A stretch of 64,000 nt of DNA, taken from Trichoplax adhaerens (lineage: Eukaryota; Animalia; Placozoa). Of this stretch, positions 26,370 to 38,057 are shown in pieces; the stretch's first letter is position 1; each line of letters opens with the position of its first letter. The stretch spans positions 3,955,397 to 4,019,396 of the forward strand of contig NW_002060945.1 of assembly GCF_000150275.1 (NCBI RefSeq). Reading direction: 5' to 3'. The notes under the pieces were generated by a model, which did not search any database, had not been told where the DNA came from, and saw only the letters and a list, made by a program, of their open reading frames with translations. Both the position numbers and the translations under genes were made by a program.

Positions 26370-29240
26370 CGCAGACAAGTTACTACTAGAAATGACACCA
26401 ATCAATTGATTTTGGCTAATGTCAGTATTTCGTTTAAAAACGATATAGCAATCCATAATAATACTTCATGCTCGGAATCCCGTAACTAATAATATTTCAA
26501 GATTTTCCTTTGTTGCCGTTGATGAGTTGAATGTAGCTGTTAAGGCAGATGTAACTTGCTGCTTGAGCACGCGATATGCTGTACTGCTGGGATTATTTAA
26601 TTCTGGTTTGAAAGTCCTAGTCAGTCTTAGATTTCCAGAAAAGACCTTCCCACGTTGGCAATGTAAATCAGATTGAAGTTGAGTTTCTGGCACGGTGGTA
26701 TCAGAATAATACCCGATCCTACAACTGCAACAGAAGTTGTACTCAAAAATCATGCAATTTGCTTTGTTATTGCAGTTAGTATCACCTGTGCTTGTACCAA
26801 TTTTTCGTGCAATTTAAGCCGTCACCGAAATAATCTGATGCACATTGACGGTTAAATGATCCAGGCACATTAATACACTGAGCATTTTTATGACAATGAT
26901 GCTGATTACTCGTGCACTCATTAATATCGTTGCATTCAATCAAGGTATCACCAAAGTAGCCACTATTACATTGGCAGTAATGTGATCCGTAAGTATTAAA
27001 GCAATGTGAATTTTTTCACTGTATTCATTAACGTCTTCACAAGTGTAGCCATCACCATCGTCACCGTTGTTGCAAGTGCATGTATATGATCCAATAGCAT
27101 TACTACAAATTACATTGACAGAACAGGCATGAATATTAGCATGGTATTCATTTATATCGCCATAAGTTATTCTTTTGCCTGAGTATTCATGATCACATTG
27201 GCATACGTATGATCCAATAGTGTTATCGAAGGTAGCGTTATAAGAGCACCGGCGTATTCCTGTGAAGCATTCATCAACATGGTTGCAAGTTTTACCGTTA
27301 CCTGAATAGCGAAAAGCCTTGCTTGCATTGGCAAGTATAAGAGCTAATAGTGTTAGAACAATTAGCATTTGGATTGCATTCTTTGCTTATCAGGCATTCA
27401 TTGATATCTTCGCAAATAAATCCATCTCCAGAATAACCTATATTACATAAACAACTATATGATCCATTGTTGTTATTGCAGTAAGCATCGACGGGACAAT
27501 TGTGACCATTTGAAGAGCATTCTTTGATATCAGTACAGGTCGACCCATTACTGAAGTAGCCCTGTTTACATATACAAGTGTAAGAGCCATTACTGCTTAA
27601 ACAATTAGCATTCGCGTCACAGCGATTACTGGTAGAGTATTCATTGATATCTTGACATGCAAATCCGTTTCCCGTGTAGCCTCCATCACATATACAATTA
27701 TAAGATCCATGAATATTATTACAGGTGGCTTTTGCGCAAGAAATGTGATTACCCCACAATACATTCATTGATATCTACGTACGATCTACCATTACCGGTA
27801 TAACCATGTCTGTAATAGCAAATATAAGAACCAATATTATTAGTACAGTTGACATTGAGATCACATTGATTATAATCATTTGTGGTACACTCATCTACAT
27901 CTTTACAAGTAAATCTGTTCCCTGTATAGCCAGTATTGCATATACGAGTATATGTATAAGATCCGTTAATAGTACCACACGAAGCATTTATAGAATATGA
28001 ATGAATACTAGTAGCACATTTATTTATATCTGAGCATGATCTACCGCTGCCAATATATCCATTTTTATGTCGGCAATTATAAGATCCTACATTGTTGGTA
28101 CAGTCGGCATTGGAGTCACATTGGTTACTGAAGGTACACTCATCGATATATCCTGATATACAAAGCCATTTCTAGTATAGCCTGTATAGCAGTTGCAGGT
28201 GTCAGACCCGTTCTTGTTTAAGCAATCAGAAACAACTAAGCATGAATGGTTACCGTAAAGGCATTCATTAACATCATTGAATGTTGTTCCATTGCCATGA
28301 AAGCTTTGCTTGCATATACAAATATGTGAACCATCAGTATTCATACAATCCGCATTATCACTACATGAGTTACTAGTAATACATTCATTGATATCTTGGC
28401 ATCTATATCCATCTCCAGCATAGCCTGGCATACAGGTGCATGTATATGACCCATTCCTATTAAAGCAGTAAGAATTGCTTGAATACATACGTATTGGTAT
28501 CTGTTAAGCATTCATTAATTTTCGAGCTAGTTGTTCCATTAGCTTAACATAGCTTGATGATTGCACTATATAAACTAGTACTGCGATAAAGAAGGAGAAG
28601 GAGATGTGACAGTATACGTCATTGTATGTACATTCGTATGGTTCATAGTATTAGATGTGTTGCTTATGACTTGGTACGCTTTAAATATGAATACTGTATT
28701 AAAGTATTAGGGATAAATAGTCATTATGATAACGTTTGATATACAACATATATAATCACTGGATAAGAGACCAGCTGCGACAGATGTACATGTACGAGCA
28801 AGGAAGTAGGACAGGCTCTTAAATAAAGACTTACCTAAAACCGTTATAGAGTTATTGCCAAAAAAGTTGTCGGATGTTATCACTAAGTATCGGCATAAAA
28901 CTTGTATTAGTGGAAATCGCTAGCCACTTATTTGGCCTTTAGGATAAGTAAATAGAGAATCAGTTGCATTGATCATCCATAACTGACCAAAATTATAATA
29001 TATATCTAAGATTCCGTGGAATTAATATCTATATAGCTTCCATCTGGTCGCTCAAAATCATCTTTCATATTGTTTTTCCAAGTATATAGTAATCCTGCTA
29101 TGGTACCTTTAATTTCCTCGGGCCCATTAAATGCCACAGTCAGTATCTAGGTTAACAAAGTCACTTCGACAGATAATCCTGATGCTATTGGATGCTTTAG
29201 CTACTTCTACGTTGGTAAATGTATGATCTCCATTCTCAGA
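26370..29240 (-). pseudogene. Paralog C remnant: VWD fragment (28835-29240), cbEGF array and SEA (26370-28542)
   Basis: [11 protein letters not shown]...GLL.TW...[21 protein letters not shown], many EGF_CA repeats with lost Cys, stops and frameshifts, QLQSDLHCQRGKVFSG...VTGFRA*. Confidence 0.88.
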
Positions 29241-29404
29241 CCGGTAGGCACTAGTGTATTACTGATAACATTGATACATGATGGAACGTATTGGAAATAC
29301 CAGGTAAGCATATTACAGTACAGTGTACTGTATGGTACTCGCAGGAAATTTCAACTTATTTCTCACTTGCAATCAATCGTATTTTACTAAGATAATCTAT
29401 GGAC

Positions 29405-29575
29405 AATCTACAGCATCTTTAATTGCTTGTGCACATATAAATTATGTAAATGGGTCAGATAATTGCAGTATCTTTAATTGTATGCGCACAGTACGGTAAA
29501 TTATGTAAACTAGTCATATAAATAGGTAAGATAAGCTACAGCATCTTTAATTGCATACGGACACGTAAATGGGCA
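29405..29575. repeat. Three degenerate ~55-70-bp tandem repeats
   Basis: Core cag(c/t)atctttaattg...gtaaa at ~29411, ~29466 and ~29539. Confidence 0.6.
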
Positions 29576-29714
29576 TCGAATACCTATATTGCACGAAAGG
29601 AAAATATTATGAGCACGATTAAACCGTATTTTATTGAGATTCTGACAAACACCTCAAAACAATTTGAGGTATATTTGAAATGAAACGATGAATAACGTCG
29701 CCAATATACACCTA

Positions 29715-30145
29715 TACATCATTAGACTGTATAAACAAGGTTGAACGAACATGGCATATTTTTGATACTGGTACTTGAATAGACGTATCACTGTTTACCT
29801 ATGCAATTCCCAATATCAAACAAATAAAGTACGTAAGAACGATGGGAAAACTTCTCAACCAATATGCTGTATATAATAATAATCGGACATAAATATTAAA
29901 ATATTGAATAGACCTATTACAATCTACCCTAAGCAGCTCAAACATCAAGCAAATAAAGAAAGTATAAAATTATGAGGAAGTTTCTCAGCCAACATAAACC
30001 GACATACTATATTTATTTATTAATAACTGTACAGTATACGCGTATACTGTAAGTGTTAAAATATTAAGTAGACTTGTTGCAGTGTACCCAATGGGTCAAA
30101 AATATCAAATAAGGTTATAGAATAATGAGAAAATCTCTCAACAAA
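29715..30145. repeat. Three degenerate copies of a ~90-bp core spaced ~160-190 bp
   Basis: a(a/g)tagac...tacc...atcaa...aataa...atg.g.aa.t.tctca.c.aa at ~29715, ~29905 and ~30065. Confidence 0.5.
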
Positions 30146-32612
30146 CAGAAGTATCTCTAATGATATACGTTAGAGCATGTTCTGCGTGGATGATATTTAC
30201 TCCTACATCTAATCTTAGCCATGAAACGTTTACATCTATTCTTACTGCAGGCTATTTGCAAGAGCATTTAAAAAGATCCTGACCTTTGTAAAGAGAATCT
30301 TTTCGGGAAGCTCCAAGTATAAGACTTCGAGATTAGCGATAAAGAGCAAATTATACACGTGCATTTAAGCGAAGTATAAACTTTGAACAGTACAAATGAA
30401 AGATTAGTTCTAAGCTCGCAAAGATCTACATCGCGATAGACTAACAATATTCTTTAGCGATCTAGGTACATATATCAGCCTCACTTCAAGAGACAGTGTA
30501 CAAAATGTCGAGTGCTAACCCGTAAATAAGTTAATAATTCACTGCAGCTAGTGTCAAAATTTCAAGCGTTTCTCAATGAATCTATTACAATAATCAGCTC
30601 TACATACTGACAGAGCTGTAAGAAGGTTTTCTATTAAGTGGCTTTCTTTCAGGAACGAAGTGAATCAGTTTTATATTTCAGTTTATGTACGGTAGCAAAA
30701 GATTTAGGAGTAAGTTCTTAAATCCAGATCACGACAATGAAATAGTAATCTATCCATAGTAAACGAACACAAAAACCAGATCAAGATTGCTGACACGTTA
30801 TGTGAAACATAAGGCATTTAATTCACTGAATAATGTCTTATATCTGAAAATGTAGCATATCTACTACAGCAATGAAAAGTCACTAATAAGATAAAATGTA
30901 TCTAACATAATTATTTCAAAATTCTAAGTAAAACTTCAATTTTACTGGATTAAATTGCATTTAGTCAATAAATTTGATGAAATATGGATACTTGTATACT
31001 TTCTATTATAATAAAAATGACAACTAACTGAATTGAAGCAGTCATTTCAGCTCTCATAGATCACTTTCACGGAAATTACTATTACGTAAATTGTAAATTC
31101 TAACAGTGCACTTCTGGTTTTCAGTAGGACCCTATCCTACTAGACACTTCATTAGAATTTCTACTAAGTAATCAACATATAATTATAATATTACAATAAT
31201 TATAGATGACCCAACTTATCAATAAATATGGCTGATAAAATGATAACCATTAACAAGTTTCATCTGGTACTGGTAAAAATGAATCCCTCCAAATTAACTA
31301 CAATTAATCTGTGCACCTAAGAATGCATAACCATCATAAAATTATAATTACATTGTTTACTTATTTAAACCAGAATATATCTTACAACGCCTGAAATTCA
31401 TTAAACAATAGCCAAGCAATCATTCACGAGTAATTGCGATTTTGAGGTAATAATTTATTAATTCTCTGTAACAAATCAATGCATGTCGGAAGCCTTATTC
31501 AAAGCCAGAAAGATAGATTCTGGTGTTTTAGCAAGAAATGACATTTAGTATGGATACCTATCAAAATTTAACGCTCCGTTTTATAAGGCATATACAAATT
31601 TTAGAAATGTTAATGATTTGGTAACCAGTGATTGTAACAACCAAAACGGTATCCAATTATAATACGCGTGTGCTTAGTTTACCATCAAACCGTGGATACA
31701 TTCAAATTTTTTAGGCTGCGAATTACATTTTTTGACAACGCGACCTGATGTATAGAGCTGTACAATGTGCATTCTCCGCTCATGGTGCCTATCAGTTCTG
31801 GACTGTAGTGTATGACAGCTCATTTATTATATTATGCAACTGTGAATTATTATGTCTTATTTCATACCGTGCACCTCTAATTAAGAGTTTAAAGAGGGAT
31901 TTTATGCCACAATTAAGACAATACACGACCGTACAATGCCAAGCGATAATTTACGACATCTAAGCCTTGTTGCATCAGTAATCATCAAACTGATAAAAAA
32001 TAATAAATGTTGTAATAGCATATGGTATCAGTGACCATCATTATACTGAGTATCCTGCGAGTTGCACCAAATAGTCTTGCGAGAACAAATCATAACATCA
32101 CAGAGATTTTATTTTGTTTTATTTATTTATTCAGTAAGATAGAAACTGGATTACCAACACTCATTCAGTTAGGCTGCAATATCATTATAGACTAAGTGTG
32201 GGTAATATAGGCTACAGATATCAATATAATAAAAATCCGAGAAAGACATATTAATCCTGCTAGCAGCATCCTTATTATTTCATTCAGATTTGAAACTATG
32301 AAATAGCATGAAGATTAAATCTAATAAAATTTCAAAACGTGGATTAATTTGAAGTGATAATAAAGATCTAACAGCTAACGATACGATATATATCCATATA
32401 AAATTAGAGTCGTCGTGTTTCCACGTTCGTCACGAGAGCTTTCTATACGAGTATTATTGAAGATATCATGGCTACCAAAAGTTTATTGAGCCAATTATTT
32501 ATTACGTATTGAAGCGTAGTACATCTCAAGAATTTAACTTGCTATGCTACACATACGGTAGAATCTATGTTATGTTATTTATATAATTAAAAAGACTAAA
32601 AATTATAATGAA

Positions 32613-35600
32613 CTAGAAGCTAGCATGAGCTTCAAAATCTTTATTCACGACACCACTAGGCCCGGGTGTTGGTTTCGTCTCTGTTAATGAATTCAACTCA
32701 ATATCTTTGTTACTCTGCTTGTCTCGAACCATTGGTTGTTCAAAATGATGATCTAGATTTTCTTGGCTTTCATCTTTTTTCGCTACACGATTGGGCCTTA
32801 TATTCTTTTTGTAGTATAGAGTCCACGCCAAAATGATGATAATTATTAATACCACTCCACCAACCGATCCGACAGAAATGCCAATGATCAATCCTTGAGG
32901 ACTAGTACATCTATCACCACTATATCCGCTAGCACATTTACATTTTCGTTTACCTTTTTCAATGGTACATGATCCACCATTGACACAGTAATCACTATTA
33001 CATTGTAGGAAGCATCCTGGTGTCGAATATGGGTTACCATAATAGCCAGCCAAACATGTACAATTAAAATATCCTTGGGTATTGGTACAGATAGCATTAT
33101 TAGCACAAGAATCTCTAGTAGCGCATTCATCGATGTCAACACAACTAGATCCGGTGAAACCTGATTTGCAATTACATGTATATGTACCAGGTAAGTTCAA
33201 ACAATTTTGATTATCGCTGCAATCATTGCTTTCAGGGTTTGCACACTCGTTAAAATCTTCTACAGTTACATTTTGGACTGCTTGCCCATTAACTGTCACA
33301 TTGCTGTTTGACACCACGGAAACTAACTTATTCTGGTTAATATTTAAAGTTTGCTTAAATACCGTATAATATTCAGCAATAATGCTGCCGGCTCTAAAAC
33401 CTGTTATTACTACGCGTTCAAAACTTTCTTTTGTTGCAGAAGACGAGTTAAATGTATTGGTTAAAGCAGTTGTAACTTGATCTTTAAGTGTTGTATATGC
33501 AACACTATTAGGATCATTTAAATCTGAATTAAAGGTACCAGCAAATGTGAGACTACCGCTGAAGATTTTGCCGCGTTGGCAATGAGAATCCGATTGAAGT
33601 TCAGTTTCCGACTGTGAACTATTAGAGTAATATTCAGCATTACAACTACAATAGTAGCTACTGCCATACACCACACAAGTTGCTTTACTACCACAATTAG
33701 TGTTACCAGAGCAAGATACAGTTGACGTGCATGTTAAACCATCACCAGAATAGCCCGATTTACAGCTACACGTATATGATCCTGCCGTATTATTACAATT
33801 AGCGTTGCTACTGCAATTATTATTTGTTGCACATTCATCAATGTCTTGGCATGTGATGCCATTTCCAATGTATCCAGTCCTGCATGTACAGGTATATGAT
33901 CCTGGTGTATTGCTACATACGGCATTGCTATTACAGGTGCTGCTATTTGCGCATTCGTCAAGATCTTCGCATATAAAGCCATTACCACTATATCCTGAAT
34001 TACATGTACATGTGTATGATCCAACGGTATCAACACATGTTGCATTACTAGAGCATTGATCAATTTTAAGTAAGCATTCATCGATCTCATCGCAAGAAAA
34101 TCCATTGCCCGTAAAACCTTGTCTGCATTGGCATGTATATGAACCTTCAATATTGGTACAAGTAGCATTGCTATCGCATTTATTGGCACTTTCACATTCA
34201 TCGACATCTTGACAAGAAAATCCATTTCCTGAATAACCAGTTTTGCAGGTGCAAGTGTATGATCCAGCAGTATTAGCGCATGCAGCATTTGTAGAACAGG
34301 TGTGATTACCTGATGAGCATTCGTTGTCATCTGTACAAGTTCTGCCATCACCACTATAACCTTGCTTGCACTGGCATGTGTAAGATCCGTTAGTATTATT
34401 GCAAGTGGCGTTGTTACTACACTGATTGCTTGATAAACATTCGTTAACGTCTTGACAAGTGAAGCCAGTACCTGAGTAGCCAGTATTACATGCGCATGTA
34501 TATGACCCAGCGCTGTTAGTACAATTAGCATTCAGAGAGCAAGAGTGAGTACCTAATGAGCACTCATCAATATCTGTACACATACCACCATTTCCAGTGT
34601 ACCCTTGCATGCATTGACATATATATGAGCCGTTCGTATTAGTACACATTGCATTAGCATCGCAATTATTGCTTGTAGAACATTCATCGATATCTTGACA
34701 GGTAAAACCATTTCCAGCGTAGCCGGTCTTGCAAGTACAAGTGTATGATCCAGCATTATTAGTGCAATCGGCATTACTAGAACACATATGACTATTGGAT
34801 GTACATTCGTTGATATCGGTGCAGACGCTACCATTACCAGTATATCCAGTCTTACACTGACAGGAATATGATCCCGGCATATTTACACAATTTGCAGTAG
34901 GAATGCAAACATTAGTATTTAAGCATTCATTAATATCAATACATGTCCAACCATCTGCTGCATATTTGTAGCCATTCATACAACTACAAGCGTAACTACC
35001 GTTGCTGTTATTACAAACTTGATTGCATGAAGGCGGACTAATGTTACATTCATTAATATCTTCGCATACCGTCTTACTACCATTTGCAAGTTTATATCCT
35101 TTCGTGCAGGAACAGACTGCCAATTCGTTTATATTAGTACAGATTTGTGAACAGTTGTGACCTGGATCGCATGGGTTAGTAACATTACAGGATAGCCCAT
35201 CATTATTCAACTGAAAGCCTGTCTGACATTGACAGTGGTAAGATCCAGGAGTATTAACGCATACTTGATCGCATGGTCTAAAGCGAATACATTCATCTAC
35301 GTCATTGCAAGCATGCTGATCATTGCTTAATTCATAACCTTGATTGCACGAACATATATAACTACCGTTTGTATTGCTACATGTTTGATTACAATTTCCA
35401 TTAGATAAATTACACTCATTTATATCTGTACAATTGATGCCGTCACCGGTATAACCAGCATTACAGACACATTCGTATAAACCTGGTCGATTAATACATG
35501 TTGCCAATCCGCTACAGTTATGAGATCCTACGGAACATTCATCAATATCTGTGCAACCTCTGTTGTCGGCATTTAAAGTATATCCAGATAAGCATTGACA

Positions 35601-38057
35601 ACTATAACTTCCCTCTTCATTGATACATGTTTGACTACACTCATGTGTACCGTTGACGCATTCATCGAGATCAGTACATTTTAAGCCATCTCCAACATAA
35701 CCGGTAGGGCAATCGCCACAACTGTAACCAGATTGTGGAGCAACATTGTCAGTGCACGTGACATTTCCAAAGCAAGGCTGATCAGCACATGCATCAACGT
35801 CTTGAGTACAATGATCTCCAGTCCATGCTGGGTCACAAATGCATTCAACTTGATCGATATTATCGATGTTTACCATTTCTGCTGCATAATCGCAGACACC
35901 ATTATTCGGACAGTAACACATGATAATTTGTGGTGACAGTTCACTTGTTGCTCCCTTAGAATCTGTAGCTACAAATTTAAATGAAATATTTTGATACGTC
36001 GATACGTTCCATGTAAATGTGTATGTTTGTGTATCGAATTGAGCCCCCTCCGGACGATTAACAACATCCACGGTGATAGTATCACCCTGGTTTTGATCAG
36101 TCACATTCAAAACCGTGACAAATGTTTCACCAAAAGTGACATTGTAACTTGTTAATCCAGATATCTGTGGCGGAAAATTTTCTAATTGGTTAGTGGTATC
36201 TTGGTAAACTTCAGATGTATCTTTACCATTGACGGCAGCGTTGAGATTTAACGTTAAAGCGGCGTCGAACAAGCATTCGTTGTTGTTACCACATTGTGCA
36301 ACAGCTTGATCATAAAATTCTGTATTATTACCAAATAAAGCCTGAATATTCTCACTAAACACTGGTGTGAAACTGGGATCTGTGTAATTATTTGCTGTCA
36401 GTCCGGCTGGATACGTAAAGAGTGAATCAGTAAAGTTAATCTTCCACGGCTGACCAAAACCACTATATATCTGCGACTCCGTAGAATTGATGTCTACATT
36501 GGTTCCATCTGGTCGTTGAAAGTCGTCGTTGACGTTATCATTCCATGTGCCGAGTAGTCCAGAAGTTGATCCTTTAATCTCTTCAGGTCCGTTAAATGCT
36601 ATCGTTAACATTTCTGTAAGCAAGGTAACCTCTACTGAAATGCCTGAAGAAAATATTGCTGCTATTGAAACATTAGATACTCTGGTAATATCAACATTGG
36701 TAAATTCACGCGTGTCATTTTCAGGGACACTATTCATAGTAAATGATGTAGTTCTATTAACTAATATATCGATACCATCAAAGGTTGCATTAAGAGTAAA
36801 TTGTACGATATCAGCACCAATTTCTGTAGTTGCAAAAGCAGAGAAAACTGTTGCTGCAGCAGACAAGGTTCCATTTCGAATAGCTCTCATAGTGCGTCCC
36901 TGTAAAACAAATGTGTTACCTATGGTTCGTAACAGTACATATTCTCCAAGTCCATTAAATGTATACTGTTTCCCATCTAATGTTTTAACGTGTGGATCAC
37001 CCCAAAACCATGCCCTTCGAGGTGGTCTATATCCGGCACACCGATTAATGGGTCTCTTTCTTGAGTATAAAGAACAGAAACTGGACCTGAGGCAGCAATC
37101 TGAATATGCCTGTCTACTACTATCTTGCAGTGTGCTATTCCTAAAAGTAAATGAGCTACCAAGAGGGTAAGTGGTGATTAATGAACCAAATGATCTCCTA
37201 AGAGATGAATAACAGCATCGTTGATAAACCCGTTCGCCGTTACTGGCTCTACGCGAAAATCTTGATCTAGCACAGAAAGTAAAGATACTAAATCTAAATC
37301 GTCTGTCACGAATGGCCTGGAATACAGAGCAAGGACAAGATCTTCTACGAAGTGCACGGAGATAGATTGATGACGACGGTTCATTAGCTAACCATGTTTG
37401 ACAGCGATCGGCATAGTTGATACGAAAAACTGAGGGATCATCGACTCGATACATCCATCGTCCTTTTCTACCATAATTACCTGTCATACCGTCAATGCGC
37501 AATAACTGTCTAGAGAATGAATCAGGTAATTCATATGTGTATCTTGATGTTCCGTTACTATAACCGGCGCGAGGTCTCGTATATCTATATCTTTGCCACC
37601 AGTTCATTCCTTTATCTTCATATATATATCCAGCAAATAAGTTAGCACCATTAGATGATAATACAAGTTGGAAAGTATTAGTTATACCATATTTTCCAGT
37701 AGTGGAAGATGGGAACGGAACAAGCTTGTACCACGTAACAGTAGTGACTAGCGTTGCAGTAAAATTGCTTGCAACATCCGGAAATAATCCATACTGATTT
37801 GAATTAGACGGATTATTGCTAATATAGCTCTGATACTGCATAACATCATTAGTAGCATTTCTTAGAATTTCCGTTGTTGCATTTGAAGGACTAAACGAAG
37901 AATACTGACTGATGTAAACTTGAGACGTTTTATAAGATCGACTGTCTGCATCGGCAAAAAATGGTGCAATTATTGGTGCATATCTAGATGAATACAACGG
38001 TTTACTTGCTGTTCCGTAGTAAGGCCGGTCGAAGGATACAAATCCATTCATTGAAAC
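32613..38057 (-). CDS. Terminal 5.4-kb exon of D: NIDO, AMOP (~37010-37420), VWD with GDPH (36990-37001), 19 EGF, SEA (~33260-33570), 3 EGF, TM (~32815-32890), tail
   Basis: 1812-aa ORF; [26 protein letters not shown] (NIDO); CPCS..QA..D.RF, QRCCY (AMOP); [22 protein letters not shown] (VWD); FRAGSII (SEA); acceptor tttgtcag at 38058. Confidence 0.95.
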   Translation of the reverse strand, partial: VSMNGFVSFDRPYYGTASKPLYSSRYAPIIAPFFADADSRSYKTSQVYISQYSSFSPSNATTEILRNATNDVMQYQSYISNNPSNSNQYGLFPDVASNFTATLVTTVTWYKLVPFPSSTTGKYGITNTFQLVLSSNGANLFAGYIYEDKGMNWWQRYRYTRPRAGYSNGTSRYTYELPDSFSRQLLRIDGMTGNYGRKGRWMYRVDDPSVFRINYADRCQTWLANEPSSSIYLRALRRRSCPCSVFQAIRDRRFRFSIFTFCARSRFSRRASNGERVYQRCCYSSLRRSFGSLITTYPLGSSFTFRNSTLQDSSRQAYSDCCLRSSFCSLYSRKRPINRCAGYRPPRRAWFWGDPHVKTLDGKQYTFNGLGEYVLLRTIGNTFVLQGRTMRAIRNGTLSAAATVFSAFATTEIGADIVQFTLNATFDGIDILVNRTTSFTMNSVPENDTREFTNVDITRVSNVSIAAIFSSGISVEVTLLTEMLTIAFNGPEEIKGSTSGLLGTWNDNVNDDFQRPDGTNVDINSTESQIYSGFGQPWKINFTDSLFTYPAGLTANNYTDPSFTPVFSENIQALFGNNTEFYDQAVAQCGNNNECLFDAALTLNLNAAVNGKDTSEVYQDTTNQLENFPPQISGLTSYNVTFGETFVTVLNVTDQNQGDTITVDVVNRPEGAQFDTQTYTFTWNVSTYQNISFKFVATDSKGATSELSPQIIMCYCPNNGVCDYAAEMVNIDNIDQVECICDPAWTGDHCTQDVDACADQPCFGNVTCTDNVAPQSGYSCGDCPTGYVGDGLKCTDLDECVNGTHECSQTCINEEGSYSCQCLSGYTLNADNRGCTDIDECSVGSHNCSGLATCINRPGLYECVCNAGYTGDGINCTDINECNLSNGNCNQTCSNTNGSYICSCNQGYELSNDQHACNDVDECIRFRPCDQVCVNTPGSYHCQCQTGFQLNNDGLSCNVTNPCDPGHNCSQICTNINELAVCSCTKGYKLANGSKTVCEDINECNISPPSCNQVCNNSNGSYACSCMNGYKYAADGWTCIDINECLNTNVCIPTANCVNMPGSYSCQCKTGYTGNGSVCTDINECTSNSHMCSSNADCTNNAGSYTCTCKTGYAGNGFTCQDIDECSTSNNCDANAMCTNTNGSYICQCMQGYTGNGGMCTDIDECSLGTHSCSLNANCTNSAGSYTCACNTGYSGTGFTCQDVNECLSSNQCSNNATCNNTNGSYTCQCKQGYSGDGRTCTDDNECSSGNHTCSTNAACANTAGSYTCTCKTGYSGNGFSCQDVDECESANKCDSNATCTNIEGSYTCQCRQGFTGNGFSCDEIDECLLKIDQCSSNATCVDTVGSYTCTCNSGYSGNGFICEDLDECANSSTCNSNAVCSNTPGSYTCTCRTGYIGNGITCQDIDECATNNNCSSNANCNNTAGSYTCSCKSGYSGDGLTCTSTVSCSGNTNCGSKATCVVYGSSYYCSCNAEYYSNSSQSETELQSDSHCQRGKIFSGSLTFAGTFNSDLNDPNSVAYTTLKDQVTTALTNTFNSSSATKESFERVVITGFRAGSIIAEYYTVFKQTLNINQNKLVSVVSNSNVTVNGQAVQNVTVEDFNECANPESNDCSDNQNCLNLPGTYTCNCKSGFTGSSCVDIDECATRDSCANNAICTNTQGYFNCTCLAGYYGNPYSTPGCFLQCNSDYCVNGGSCTIEKGKRKCKCASGYSGDRCTSPQGLIIGISVGSVGGVVLIIIIILAWTLYYKKNIRPNRVAKKDESQENLDHHFEQPMVRDKQSNKDIELNSLTETKPTPGPSGVVNKDFEAHASF

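Noticed and set aside
29405-30145. Repeat-spacer-like pattern considered as a CRISPR array
   Set aside because: Repeats are degenerate and irregular, the context is eukaryotic, and there are no cas genes.
30150-32100. Possible decayed coding sequence or exons between C and D (incl. ORF 31748-31963)
   Set aside because: No recognisable domain or consistent exon chain by eye.
36529-37170. 213-aa plus-strand ORF and other alternative-frame ORFs over EGF regions (e.g. 33734-34531, 13897-14283)
   Set aside because: Antisense or off-frame shadows of the real coding sequence; no domain signal.
32613-38057. Naming D as MUC4, DMBT1, fibrillin or Notch
   Set aside because: It shares only modules with each; there are no TB, LNR/ankyrin or CUB/ZP domains, and orthology cannot be shown.
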